From Candidatus Hydrothermarchaeota archaeon (GTDB taxonomy: Archaea > CAYFZR01): DNA of 39,285 nt. Below, piece by piece: positions 26,941-35,980 of the stretch (positions within the stretch are counted from its first letter, which is position 1; each line of letters starts with the position of its first letter). Below the pieces are notes generated by a model. The model saw only the letters and a list, made by a program, of their open reading frames with translations, was not told the DNA's origin and searched no databases. The stretch lies in NCBI GenBank assembly GCA_046760505.1, contig JBHIEG010000017.1, positions 1-39,285 on the forward strand, in the 5' to 3' direction. Made by a program: the position numbers and the translations under genes.

Positions 26941-27782
26941 ATTATTCCCCTTTTCTGTATAGAAGGAAACTTTTCTAGGTTTCTCTTTAGAACTCTTTTC
27001 ATACCCTTATCTGACATATCTTTGATATAAAACCTTATGTTAACATTTTTCTTTCCTTCCTTCCATTGGGTTTTGGTTGTGGTAACGTCAGAAATCTCGA
27101 GAGTTTGCCGGAGGTCCCTAAGATAGTTTCCGGCATCATCTTTCCTGTGGGTAACAAAGTCGAATACAATCTTATTTCCTCTTTTCCTACATTTTCTCTT
27201 AAATAGAGCAAAAAGATAAGACTTGGCAAAATTTTCATCTTCCTTTATCCAATCAGGTATTCTCATGTCATAAACTCCTGCTGTCTTAAATATATGCGAA
27301 GTCACATGAGGTATTTCTACCCAACCATTAAAATCCAGATTAAACATGTTTGCCAATATATTTCCCAATTCATGAGATGTATTGCAAGAATATATTATTC
27401 TTGGAGAAAAGGAATACCCGGCTAGATAGGCGAATATCCTACACCATTTTTCATTCCTTATATCTATCGGAAAAGCAATATCCATTATCTTACCAGTTTT
27501 TCCCCACCTTATCTGTCTTATTGATTTTTGAACATCGTCTAATTTAATTTCCGAAAGATTGCACAGAACACTGAGATGAAAGCCACTCAAAAAACTCTTA
27601 TGGAATTTACCTTCTCTTTTTCTACCCCCATTTTTTAATACACTTACGGTGCTTTGTCTAATACCTAGTTTTTCCGATATAGAACGGGTATTGTTGGACG
27701 CATGATTGAACAGCATGTTTCTCGTGCTTTCTTCTAAAAAGAGATATAAATTTTGATCAAACACAGAACTCAAGGTCAACAT
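26934..27782 (-). CDS. HTH plus degenerate LAGLIDADG-like DNA-binding protein
   Basis: HTH-like SISEKLGIRQSTVSVLKNG; first LAGLIDADG-like helix RIFAYLAGYS; RIPDWI linker; second helix SYLFALFKRKC. The ORF is intact and overlaps argH by 7 nt. Confidence 0.62.
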   Translation of the reverse strand: MLTLSSVFDQNLYLFLEESTRNMLFNHASNNTRSISEKLGIRQSTVSVLKNGGRKREGKFHKSFLSGFHLSVLCNLSEIKLDDVQKSIRQIRWGKTGKIMDIAFPIDIRNEKWCRIFAYLAGYSFSPRIIYSCNTSHELGNILANMFNLDFNGWVEIPHVTSHIFKTAGVYDMRIPDWIKEDENFAKSYLFALFKRKCRKRGNKIVFDFVTHRKDDAGNYLRDLRQTLEISDVTTTKTQWKEGKKNVNIRFYIKDMSDKGMKRVLKRNLEKFPSIQKRGIIC

Positions 27783-27874
27783 AGATACCCAACCATTCAG
27801 TTATTTAATTATTAAATTAAATAGTTTAGTAGTTGAATAGAATATAAATAACTTTCCTTCACTCTCATCAAAAA

Positions 27875-28195
27875 TTAAGAACTCAATCTTCTTTCTATCG
27901 TGTCACCCATTCTTTTTTCTATCACTTTAGATTCAATTTCAAGCAATTTATCCATCAATTCCTCTCTAATTGAAACAATTTGTTTTCCTTCTTCTGTAAT
28001 CTCGCATATCCTGTATAATCCCTTTTTTTCTCTTGATATTAAAGAATTCTCCTCCAGTTCTTTAAGTTGCTTCGAGGGATAGTAAGGAATTTCCAAAACG
28101 TTCTTCAATTCATCAACAGAGAGTCCGCCCTTTTCCTTAAGGGCTTTGAGTATTTTGTAGTGCAATTCAGAGGAGAGTATTTCGAACAACTTCAT
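27875..28195 (-). CDS. Winged-helix (ArsR-like) transcriptional regulator
   Basis: LFEILSS..HYKILKAL...LSVDEL...SKQLKELEENSLI.....ITEEG. Start is 28195 or 28246. Confidence 0.82.
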   Translation of the reverse strand: MKLFEILSSELHYKILKALKEKGGLSVDELKNVLEIPYYPSKQLKELEENSLISREKKGLYRICEITEEGKQIVSIREELMDKLLEIESKVIEKRMGDTIERRLSS

Positions 28196-28997
28196 GTTCT
28201 TTAGTATTGGGTCTTTTTTTATGAATGTTGCCCTCAGGATCATCAATATTTTGAGTCCTCACAAAAAACTCTGCTCTCTCTTCTCTTACATCTATGATTT
28301 CCGGAAGGTTTCCCCACGCTCCGAGTCTGTTCTCATGAATAATTAAAACACCCTCAATTCCTTCTATTTTTTTTGCAAAATTTAGCCCTTTCTTCAATCC
28401 CTTTTTGCCCCTTACAACATTACCAATTGCTGTTGCAGCAGCATCAGCAAGAATGGCAGATTTTGCAACCACTACAGTAGCATCAGATTCGCCAAAACTT
28501 ATTGAATGTCCTACGGTACCAGAAGAGGTACATATCCCTATAGGAAGAGATTCTTCATTTATATAAAATCCTATCCTGTTAGAAAACTTGGAATGTCCTG
28601 CATATATCCCTATTTTGAAATCTCTTTCTCCATGGATGTATATGTCTCCTCCATTTTCTACAAGAATGTTTTTTGCATGATTTAAAGCAGATTTACATGA
28701 GAACTCTGAGAATGCTCCTGCTACACACGCCATAGGGCCAACTCCTACCTTCTTGCTCGCATGAGCCATCTCTCTGACTATGTCTGGAGAATCTTCATCT
28801 ACATCAATGGGAACAAGGGATACTTTGAAGAGCGGATTTTTTTCTATGTAGTCTTCCAGTCTAATTCTGTTTTCTATTACGCTCCTCTTTATGGATTCCA
28901 GAGCCTCTTCTCTATCAAGCAATATATTCAAAGTAGTTTCTTTGTAACTCCATCTGAATTTTTTCATGGTCATATTCAATTCTTTTATCTTATCCAA
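28167..28997 (-). CDS. UPF0280 family ApbE-like protein
   Basis: YKET, VGPMACVAGA, VENGGDI, GICTSSGTVGHSISFG.SDA, ADAAATAIGN. Confidence 0.9.
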   Translation of the reverse strand: MDKIKELNMTMKKFRWSYKETTLNILLDREEALESIKRSVIENRIRLEDYIEKNPLFKVSLVPIDVDEDSPDIVREMAHASKKVGVGPMACVAGAFSEFSCKSALNHAKNILVENGGDIYIHGERDFKIGIYAGHSKFSNRIGFYINEESLPIGICTSSGTVGHSISFGESDATVVVAKSAILADAAATAIGNVVRGKKGLKKGLNFAKKIEGIEGVLIIHENRLGAWGNLPEIIDVREERAEFFVRTQNIDDPEGNIHKKRPNTKEHEVVRNTLL

Positions 28998-29025
28998 TTT
29001 TTTATCTCATCTAAATTCTTTTACC

Positions 29026-30588
29026 CTATCCTATTCCCTTTATCATATAGGGACCAACTAAAGAATAGCCGAGTTTTTTGAAATATTCTCTTACCCCTAT
29101 ACCGCTTGTAACAGATATTCTTTTCATACCTTCGTTTAGGGAAATTAATTCCGCCTCTCTTAATAGTTTTTTTCCAAAACCCTTGTGCTGGTAGGAATCT
29201 TCAAAAACCATTCCAACTGGAGAGAGAGGTCCATAAACGTGTATCTCTCTCACCAAGGATGTGTCTTTATCCAGTTCTTTTCTATACGGCTCGCTCGGAA
29301 TTCTAAGCCTCAAATAACCTATCAAAATATCTCTTTCTATATCTTCGGCAGATATAAAATATTCTTTCCCATCAGAGGCATTATAAGAATCTATGACGAT
29401 ATCTATATCTTTAGGTTCTATTTTTTCTTTATATGCTTTATGTCCTACCTCCCTGCATCTTATACACCTGCATCTCTCTTTATTTAATGCAAGCCTGTTG
29501 TAAACAAGTTCGCCAAGGTTTGTCTTCTTAACTCCTGCTACGATTTTATTGCTTGGAATATCTCTCTGGATTCGCATCGTCCTTATCCATTTTGGCAAGA
29601 GTTTTTTTGCTTCCAGAATCAATTTTAACGCTTCATCTTTGCCCAAAGGATTGTAATCCCCTCTCTTATACCATTCGTATATTTTTGTTCCTTTTACAAC
29701 TACGCATGGATATATCTTAAGCATATCAGGGGAAAACTCCTCTTTCAGTATAATCTTAAATGCCTTAAGATCTCGTTTGAAATCTGAAAAGGGCAATCCA
29801 GGCATTATGTGATAGCATACCTTAAGACCAGAGTCTTTCAATATCTTAGTTGCTTCTATAACATCCTCTACAGTATGACCTCTATCCAACTTTGATAGAA
29901 TATCGTCGAAGACCGTTTGCACGCCAAGTTCTACTCTTGTGGTTCCGTAAGAAAGCATTAGGTCTACATGCTTTTCCTTAGAATAATCAGGTCTCGTTTC
30001 TATGGTAATGCCTGAGACTCTTCTCTTGGATGTTTCGCAATCCTTTATTACCTGGGATAAGTTTTCTCTCCTTACTTCTGTAATCCCTTCCAGACAACCC
30101 TTTATGAAATTAATCTGATAGGAAGATGGTCTGGATGTAAATGTGCCGCCCATAACGATCAATTCTATCTTATCCACAGGGTGACCAATTCTTTCGAGTT
30201 GATCTATTCTGAATGATACTTGTTTATAAGGATCGTAATCGAGGGTTTTTCCTCTCATTGAAGCGGGTTCGCTTCCTGTATAACTTTGAGGAGTGTTTTC
30301 ATTTGGACCGCCAGGACAGTATGCGCACCTTCCATGAGGACAAGGATATGGATCTGTCATGACCGCTATAACGGTAACGCCTGATAACGTTCTAACAGGC
30401 TTTCTTCTCAACAATGGTAAGACCTTTTCGTAATCTTCCTCTCTAACATTATTCAAAATCTCAGAATTGGATGGCAATCTCTTAAGATTAAATAACTTGC
30501 AGGCATTTATCTTTGCTTTTTCTAATTCTTCCTTAGATCTAATTTCTCCTTCTACGATACCTTTTACTATGTACTCTATTGCACTCAT
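29026..30588 (-). CDS. elp3: tRNA uridine(34) acetyltransferase Elp3 (radical SAM plus KAT)
   Basis: KPVRTLSGV, CPHGRCAYCPGG, PQSYTG.EP, MGGTF, ETRPD, RIQRDIP, CRCIRCRE, YQHKGFG. Confidence 0.97.
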   Translation of the reverse strand: MSAIEYIVKGIVEGEIRSKEELEKAKINACKLFNLKRLPSNSEILNNVREEDYEKVLPLLRRKPVRTLSGVTVIAVMTDPYPCPHGRCAYCPGGPNENTPQSYTGSEPASMRGKTLDYDPYKQVSFRIDQLERIGHPVDKIELIVMGGTFTSRPSSYQINFIKGCLEGITEVRRENLSQVIKDCETSKRRVSGITIETRPDYSKEKHVDLMLSYGTTRVELGVQTVFDDILSKLDRGHTVEDVIEATKILKDSGLKVCYHIMPGLPFSDFKRDLKAFKIILKEEFSPDMLKIYPCVVVKGTKIYEWYKRGDYNPLGKDEALKLILEAKKLLPKWIRTMRIQRDIPSNKIVAGVKKTNLGELVYNRLALNKERCRCIRCREVGHKAYKEKIEPKDIDIVIDSYNASDGKEYFISAEDIERDILIGYLRLRIPSEPYRKELDKDTSLVREIHVYGPLSPVGMVFEDSYQHKGFGKKLLREAELISLNEGMKRISVTSGIGVREYFKKLGYSLVGPYMIKGIG

Positions 30589-31349
30589 GAAACATCATTC
30601 CAAATCGATCCAATGCCTTCTATTTCGCATTCAACAATATCTTTTCTCTTTAAAGGACCCACTCCTGCTGGAGTTCCTGTAGATATTATATCTCCGGGCC
30701 TTAGCGTCATTATGCCTGATACAAATTCAATTAACGAATAACAGTCAAATATGAGATTTTTCGTGGTTGAATCCTGTTTTATCTCGTTGTTCAATCTCAA
30801 TCTAATTTTAAGATTCTCTGGATTTAGTTCATTCTCAATGCAAGGTCCTATGGGGCAAAAAGTATCAAAACTCTTTGATCTTGTCCACTGTCCATCCTTT
30901 CTTTGTAGATCTCTCGCAGTAACATCATTTAATATGGTATATCCCGCTATTACATCTTCTGCATGCTTTCTCCTTACATCTTTGCATGTTTTTCCTATCA
31001 CAATGGCGAGTTCTACCTCATAGTCTACACGATTTGATTGTCTGGGATATATAATGGAGTCTCTGTGTCCAATTATGCTAGAAGGAGGTTTTAGAAATAA
31101 TATGGGCTCTTCAGGGATTTCTAATCCCAACTCCTCAGCATGATCCTTGTAATTTAAACCAACGCAGATTATCTTCTCCGGATAAACTGGAGGCAATATT
31201 TTAACGCTCGATACATCAAATTCATTTATTATTTGATATTCTTTTCCCTTTAACAAGTCAAAAATTTCTAGGTCTGTCTCGAGAACTTTTTCTTCCAGTA
31301 AGATGCCATTTTTTATCTTATCTCCTCTTTTGAACCTGATTACCTTCAT
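30585..31349 (-). CDS. Fumarylacetoacetate hydrolase family protein
   Basis: KIICVGLNY..H, FLKP, DYEVELA, NDVTARDLQ, KSFDTFCP, TGTPAGVG. Confidence 0.95.
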   Translation of the reverse strand: MKVIRFKRGDKIKNGILLEEKVLETDLEIFDLLKGKEYQIINEFDVSSVKILPPVYPEKIICVGLNYKDHAEELGLEIPEEPILFLKPPSSIIGHRDSIIYPRQSNRVDYEVELAIVIGKTCKDVRRKHAEDVIAGYTILNDVTARDLQRKDGQWTRSKSFDTFCPIGPCIENELNPENLKIRLRLNNEIKQDSTTKNLIFDCYSLIEFVSGIMTLRPGDIISTGTPAGVGPLKRKDIVECEIEGIGSIWNDVS

Positions 31350-31366
31350 TTTTCGCCTCCTTATTC

Positions 31367-32164
31367 CTAATCCATCTTAATCTTCCTTCCATCAGGTCCT
31401 CTTCTATACCTGTTGAATTCCTTGATCAAATCAAGTTCCTTGTCCCAGAATACAGGACCTTCCTTGCAAACTCTCCAGCCGGTTGTATCAACGCAGCATT
31501 GACCGCATAAACCGATGCCACACTTTATGTATCTATGGAGACTTATTTGACATGGAATTTTGTTTTTCTTTGATATCTGAACGGATTTATACATCATTGG
31601 TTCCGGACCGCATGCAATACATAGATCATGAGTTGAGGTTTTTAAGTGAGTTTCGTACAAAGCTGTCACGTATCCTTTAAATCCAAGGCTCCCATCGTCT
31701 GTTGATACCTTAACACTTGAATTTTCTCTAAGTCTGTCTAGGAATATCAGTTCTTCTTTTTTCTTAGCGCCCAGAAGAACCGTGAATTCCTTTTCATACA
31801 ACTCAGGTAAAGGAGCTAGAGGAGCGATTCCAACTCCGCCCGCTACCAGTACAATTTTTTCTCCAGTAACTTCAAATGATCTTCCAAAAGGACCCCTTAT
31901 TCCTATTAAATCTCCCTCTTCTTTCCTATGCAAGGCTTGAGTAGCATCTCCAATTTTCTCTACCGTTATACCAAGGGGATCAAATGAAGAAATAGCCATG
32001 GGTATCTCATCTACCCCGGGAATCCATATCATGAGAAAATTCCCTGGTTTCGCATCTAAATCCATTTTATCCAAATCTATATTAAAGAGAAAGGTTTTCA
32101 CGTTAGGCGTTTCTTCAACTACTTCTTTTATTTCAACCGAAAATGGCTTGCCGATATTAATCAT
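31367..32164 (-). CDS. pyrK: Dihydroorotate dehydrogenase electron transfer subunit
   Basis: PGNFLMIW, RGPFG, AGGVGIAP, TDDGSLG, CGPEPMM, CGIGLCGQC...VC.EGPVF. Start 32164 overlaps the pyrD stop. Confidence 0.95.
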   Translation of the reverse strand: MINIGKPFSVEIKEVVEETPNVKTFLFNIDLDKMDLDAKPGNFLMIWIPGVDEIPMAISSFDPLGITVEKIGDATQALHRKEEGDLIGIRGPFGRSFEVTGEKIVLVAGGVGIAPLAPLPELYEKEFTVLLGAKKKEELIFLDRLRENSSVKVSTDDGSLGFKGYVTALYETHLKTSTHDLCIACGPEPMMYKSVQISKKNKIPCQISLHRYIKCGIGLCGQCCVDTTGWRVCKEGPVFWDKELDLIKEFNRYRRGPDGRKIKMD

Positions 32165-33053
32165 GCGCGAGACCAACCATCTCTTTTGGGGATTTAAAAC
32201 CTTTTTCTTCCATATATTCTTCCAATTCTTTAGATATCTTGCTAAATATTTCAAGTCCTTTATAGTAAATTCCACTCCCAATTCCAACGCATGATGCACC
32301 TGCTAGCATAAATTCTACAACATCTCTCGCATTTAAGATTCCTCCCACTCCTATTATTGGAATCTCAACCGCTTCGTATATTTCGTAAACGCATCTTACA
32401 GCGATAGGCTTTATGCATGGACCTGAGAGACCTCCAAAGCGATTGCTCAATATGGGCTTAAGACTATCAACATCTATGGCCATTCCGGGTCCTAAAGTAT
32501 TTATGGCTACTACTCCATCTGCTCCTGCCTTTTCGCATTCTAAGGCAATTTCCACAATATCATTGACATTTGGAGTTAGTTTTACAAAAACTGGCTTGCT
32601 AATGGATTTTTTTACGGACTTTACTACTTCATTAATCATTTCAGGATCTTTTCCTATCAATCCTATTCTCTCATGGGGACAAGAGACGTTTAACTCTATA
32701 ATACTAGCATATTCTTCTAGTAGAGAAGATAATTTCCCAAATTCTTCAGGATTCTTTCCGAATATGCTTACAATGAGAGGAATATTTTTTTCCTTTAATA
32801 TTTTCAGTTCTTCAATGTACTCCTTATACCCGGGATTTGAAAGACCTATACAATTCAATAAACCACCCGATACCTCGCAGATAACAGGATTTGGATTTCC
32901 AACTTTAGGCTCAATGCTTATAGACTTTGTTGTTATTGCTCCTGCTCCGCTTTCGTATACTCTAAGTAAAGAGCTACCTGTCTCCCCGAGGATTCCGCTT
33001 GCCAGTATTAATGGATTCCTTAAAGATAAGCCACACAATTCTGTATCCAACAT
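32157..33053 (-). CDS. pyrD: Dihydroorotate dehydrogenase class 1B catalytic subunit
   Basis: NPLILASG, TKS, ELNVSCPH, VKLTPN, INT, GGLSG..IKP, GVGGI. GGTGG SD before ATG 33053. Confidence 0.97.
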   Translation of the reverse strand: MLDTELCGLSLRNPLILASGILGETGSSLLRVYESGAGAITTKSISIEPKVGNPNPVICEVSGGLLNCIGLSNPGYKEYIEELKILKEKNIPLIVSIFGKNPEEFGKLSSLLEEYASIIELNVSCPHERIGLIGKDPEMINEVVKSVKKSISKPVFVKLTPNVNDIVEIALECEKAGADGVVAINTLGPGMAIDVDSLKPILSNRFGGLSGPCIKPIAVRCVYEIYEAVEIPIIGVGGILNARDVVEFMLAGASCVGIGSGIYYKGLEIFSKISKELEEYMEEKGFKSPKEMVGLAHD

Positions 33054-33063
33054 CCGAACCACC

Positions 33064-33108
33064 AAAGTTTGATATAGTAAAGTTTGATATAGTAAGATCT
33101 GATATCTT
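33064..33108. repeat. 15-bp tandem repeat (two perfect copies plus one degenerate)
   Basis: AAAGTTTGATATAGT twice (33064-33093) followed by AAGATCTGATATCTT. Confidence 0.85.
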
Positions 33109-33151
33109 TTTTAGATGCTTATATTTAGGTTGTATTATCGATGGTATTGAT

Positions 33152-34135
33152 ATGATAAGAATAACTACACCATCAAGAATACACATCTCTCTAATTGACC
33201 TAAATGGAACCATAGGAAGGGTAGATGGAGGCATCGGATTAGCATTAAAAGATCCAAAAATAATTCTCGAGGCAAAAATCTCGGATAAATTAATTCCGGA
33301 TAGATTAAGGATCAATTGCAAGGGAGAAAAAGCAGATAAAATCCTAAATTCTGCTAAAGCCGTATTAAAATACGCTAATATAGATGGAGGAGTTCATTTT
33401 AACTTAGTAGAGGATTTTCCCTCTCATTCAGGTCTGGGATCTGGAACCCAACTTTCTCTTGCGAGCGGGCTTGCGGTATGCCGTCTCTTTTCTTTGGATT
33501 TATCGGTGAGAGAAATTGCAAGAATAGTCGGCAGGGGAGGAACCTCTGGTATAGGCGTTGCAGCATTTGAATCTGGAGGTTTTATAGTAGATGGCGGTCA
33601 TACTTTCGGGAAAAATAAAGAAAAAAAGGATTTCAGACCTTCATCTGCATCAAAGGGTATTAAACCCGCGCCAGTAATATCAAGATTAGATTTTCCAGAC
33701 TGGGATATTGTGCTAGCGCTACCAAATGTAGAGAAGGGTGCCTATGCGGAAAAAGAGGTTGATATATTCAAAAAATACTGTCCTCTGGACATAAATGAGG
33801 TAAGAGAGTTGTCTCATTTGATTCTGATGAAACTGCTCCCGGCTTTGGTAGAAGAAGATTTGGATTCATTCGGAGAGGCGATAAGAAGAATACAGAACAT
33901 TGGTTTTAAGAGAATAGAGGTAGATCTCCAGCATCCAATTGTAAAAAAACTTTTAAAGGAATTGAATGAGATATCTTATGCAGGAATGAGTTCTTTTGGT
34001 CCTCTGGTATTCTCATTCACCGACAACGGGAAAGAAGTGGCAAAATACGCATCAGATATAATGGAGAAAAGCGTTAGAGGAAGGGTATGGATCACAAAGG
34101 CTAACAACACAGGTGCTAAAATAGAGGGTTTTTAA
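33152..34135 (+). CDS. mptG: Beta-ribofuranosylaminobenzene 5'-phosphate (RFAP) synthase
   Basis: TPSRIHISLIDLNG..GRVDGGIG, HSGLGSGTQ, GRGGTSGIG, GGFIVDGGH, FRPSSAS, MSSFGP. Confidence 0.93.
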   Translation: MIRITTPSRIHISLIDLNGTIGRVDGGIGLALKDPKIILEAKISDKLIPDRLRINCKGEKADKILNSAKAVLKYANIDGGVHFNLVEDFPSHSGLGSGTQLSLASGLAVCRLFSLDLSVREIARIVGRGGTSGIGVAAFESGGFIVDGGHTFGKNKEKKDFRPSSASKGIKPAPVISRLDFPDWDIVLALPNVEKGAYAEKEVDIFKKYCPLDINEVRELSHLILMKLLPALVEEDLDSFGEAIRRIQNIGFKRIEVDLQHPIVKKLLKELNEISYAGMSSFGPLVFSFTDNGKEVAKYASDIMEKSVRGRVWITKANNTGAKIEGF

Positions 34136-35241
34136 TGGAAGATATCTATTTGCTCCAAACTCCATTTGGCGTTTTTTTATTAAATGAAAAAAGAATGATT
34201 CTTGACAAGGTTATATTTAAGGAAAACCACGCTGAAAAATGGATGAAAATAAAAAAAGGTGAAATAATACCTGAGTTGGAAGAACTGATCAAAAAAAATC
34301 GCGTAAGTAAATTAATATTGGAGGACAAACGTTTATCTGAAAATTTAGGCATCAAAACAAAGGTAGAATTTCCCTGCGAAGTGATAAGGAAAAAAAGAGA
34401 CGAAATGTCTAAACTTGCTATTGAGGAAGGTTTTGTAAAAAACGAGAAAGATTTTCAATCTTTTATAAATAAAATAGCATTAGAAACGAGTAAACTAGAG
34501 ATAAAAGATATAATAGGAGAAGAAGACAAGTTGATAATCAATGCAATTAGAACATTGGATGATTTAGATCAAGGCATAAACATCTTAGTCCAAAGGCTGA
34601 GAGAGTGGTACTCGTTACACTTTCCGGAACTGGATAAGGAAATCGAGGATCATTCAAAATACGTCAGTTATGTAAAATTAGGAGACAGAGAGGAGATAGG
34701 AAAGTTAGATGAAAATCTTGAAAAAATTCAGACCTCTTCTATGGGAGTAGAACTGAGAGAATACGATATAGAAATTATAAAAAGGCTTGCAACCTGTTTA
34801 GATGAATTATATAGGTATAGAGAGGAACTTTTAGAATATATAGAAACTTTCATGTCATCTTTTGCTCCAAATCTCTCTAAACTCGCTGGTCCTGTCTTGG
34901 GAGCGAAATTAATAGCGCTTTCAAATGGTCTTAAAGAACTTGCTTCTTTACCTGCTAGCACCATCCAAGTATTGGGTGCAGAAAAAGCCTTGTTTAGACA
35001 TCTGAGAAAGGGAACCAAACCTCCTAAGCACGGCATCATTTTTCAGCATCCTATTGTGCATAAAGCACCGGCTTGGCAGAGAGGAAAGATATCAAGGACT
35101 TTTTCAAGCAAAATAGCTCTCTGCGCCCGTATAGATGCTTACTCTGGTGAAGATAAGTCTGAAGAAATCCTAGAGGATCTAAAAGCGAGGATTGAGCACA
35201 TAAAGAAAAAATATCCCAAGCCAAAGAAGAGAATAAGATAA
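34135..35241 (+). CDS. nop5: C/D box sRNP protein Nop5 (Nop56/58)
   Basis: RLREWYSLHFPEL, APNLS...G..LGAKLI, PASTIQVLGAEKALF, PPKHGIIF. Confidence 0.97.
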   Translation: MEDIYLLQTPFGVFLLNEKRMILDKVIFKENHAEKWMKIKKGEIIPELEELIKKNRVSKLILEDKRLSENLGIKTKVEFPCEVIRKKRDEMSKLAIEEGFVKNEKDFQSFINKIALETSKLEIKDIIGEEDKLIINAIRTLDDLDQGINILVQRLREWYSLHFPELDKEIEDHSKYVSYVKLGDREEIGKLDENLEKIQTSSMGVELREYDIEIIKRLATCLDELYRYREELLEYIETFMSSFAPNLSKLAGPVLGAKLIALSNGLKELASLPASTIQVLGAEKALFRHLRKGTKPPKHGIIFQHPIVHKAPAWQRGKISRTFSSKIALCARIDAYSGEDKSEEILEDLKARIEHIKKKYPKPKKRIR

Positions 35242-35293
35242 AAATGATGATATAAGCAGAAAACGATAGTATAAGAGTAGAGAAGATGATAAA

Positions 35294-35965
35294 ATGATAG
35301 AAGAGATATTTCCGGGCGTATTTTTAGAGCGTGAAACAGGAGAAATACTCACCCTAAATTTAGACAGAGGAAATAAGGTCTATGGAGAGAGGCTAGTGCA
35401 TTACAAGAACAATGAATACAGAATCTGGAATCCTTACAGGAGTAAACTATGCGCTATGTTTAAAAAGGGCATGCCTTCTCCCATAAAAAAAGGCATGAAT
35501 GTTCTATACCTTGGCGCTGCCACAGGAACTACTGCGAGCCATATCTCAGATATAATCGGTCCAGAAGGAAGAATATATTGCGTAGAAATATCCCCTCACG
35601 CCTTAAAAAAATTAATAGTTTTGTGCGAGAGAAGGAAGAATATGATACCCATACTTGGGGATGCGAATAAGCCGAGTTCATATTCATTTCTTATTGAAGA
35701 TGTAGATCTGATCTACCAAGACATTGCGCAGCCAAACTTAACTGATATTTTTTTAATCAATGCTGATGCCTTCTTGAAGAAAAAAGGTTTGGGAGTTTTA
35801 TGTATAAAGACAAGAAGTATAGACGTAACCAAAGATCCGGATAAAGTATTCAAAGAGGAACAGGCAAAGATAAAGGAAAGAGGTTACAAGAAACTTTATT
35901 CAAGTACCTTAGACCCCTATGACAAAGATCACGTATCTATTTTGGTTGAGAAGAGAATAAAGTAA
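35294..35965 (+). CDS. flpA: Fibrillarin-like rRNA/tRNA 2'-O-methyltransferase
   Basis: VYGE, EYRIWNPYRSKL, VLYLGAATGTTASHISD, QDIAQP, RSIDVT, LDPYDKDH. Confidence 0.98.
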   Translation: MIEEIFPGVFLERETGEILTLNLDRGNKVYGERLVHYKNNEYRIWNPYRSKLCAMFKKGMPSPIKKGMNVLYLGAATGTTASHISDIIGPEGRIYCVEISPHALKKLIVLCERRKNMIPILGDANKPSSYSFLIEDVDLIYQDIAQPNLTDIFLINADAFLKKKGLGVLCIKTRSIDVTKDPDKVFKEEQAKIKERGYKKLYSSTLDPYDKDHVSILVEKRIK

Positions 35966-35980
35966 AGCAGGGATAAAGAA

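Noticed and set aside
26934-27782. Intein or active mobile homing endonuclease
   Set aside because: No N-terminal C/S or C-terminal HN splice motifs, no interrupted host gene, and the catalytic acidic residues are absent.
33064-33108. CRISPR array
   Set aside because: The units are 15 bp, contiguous and without spacers; no cas genes are present.
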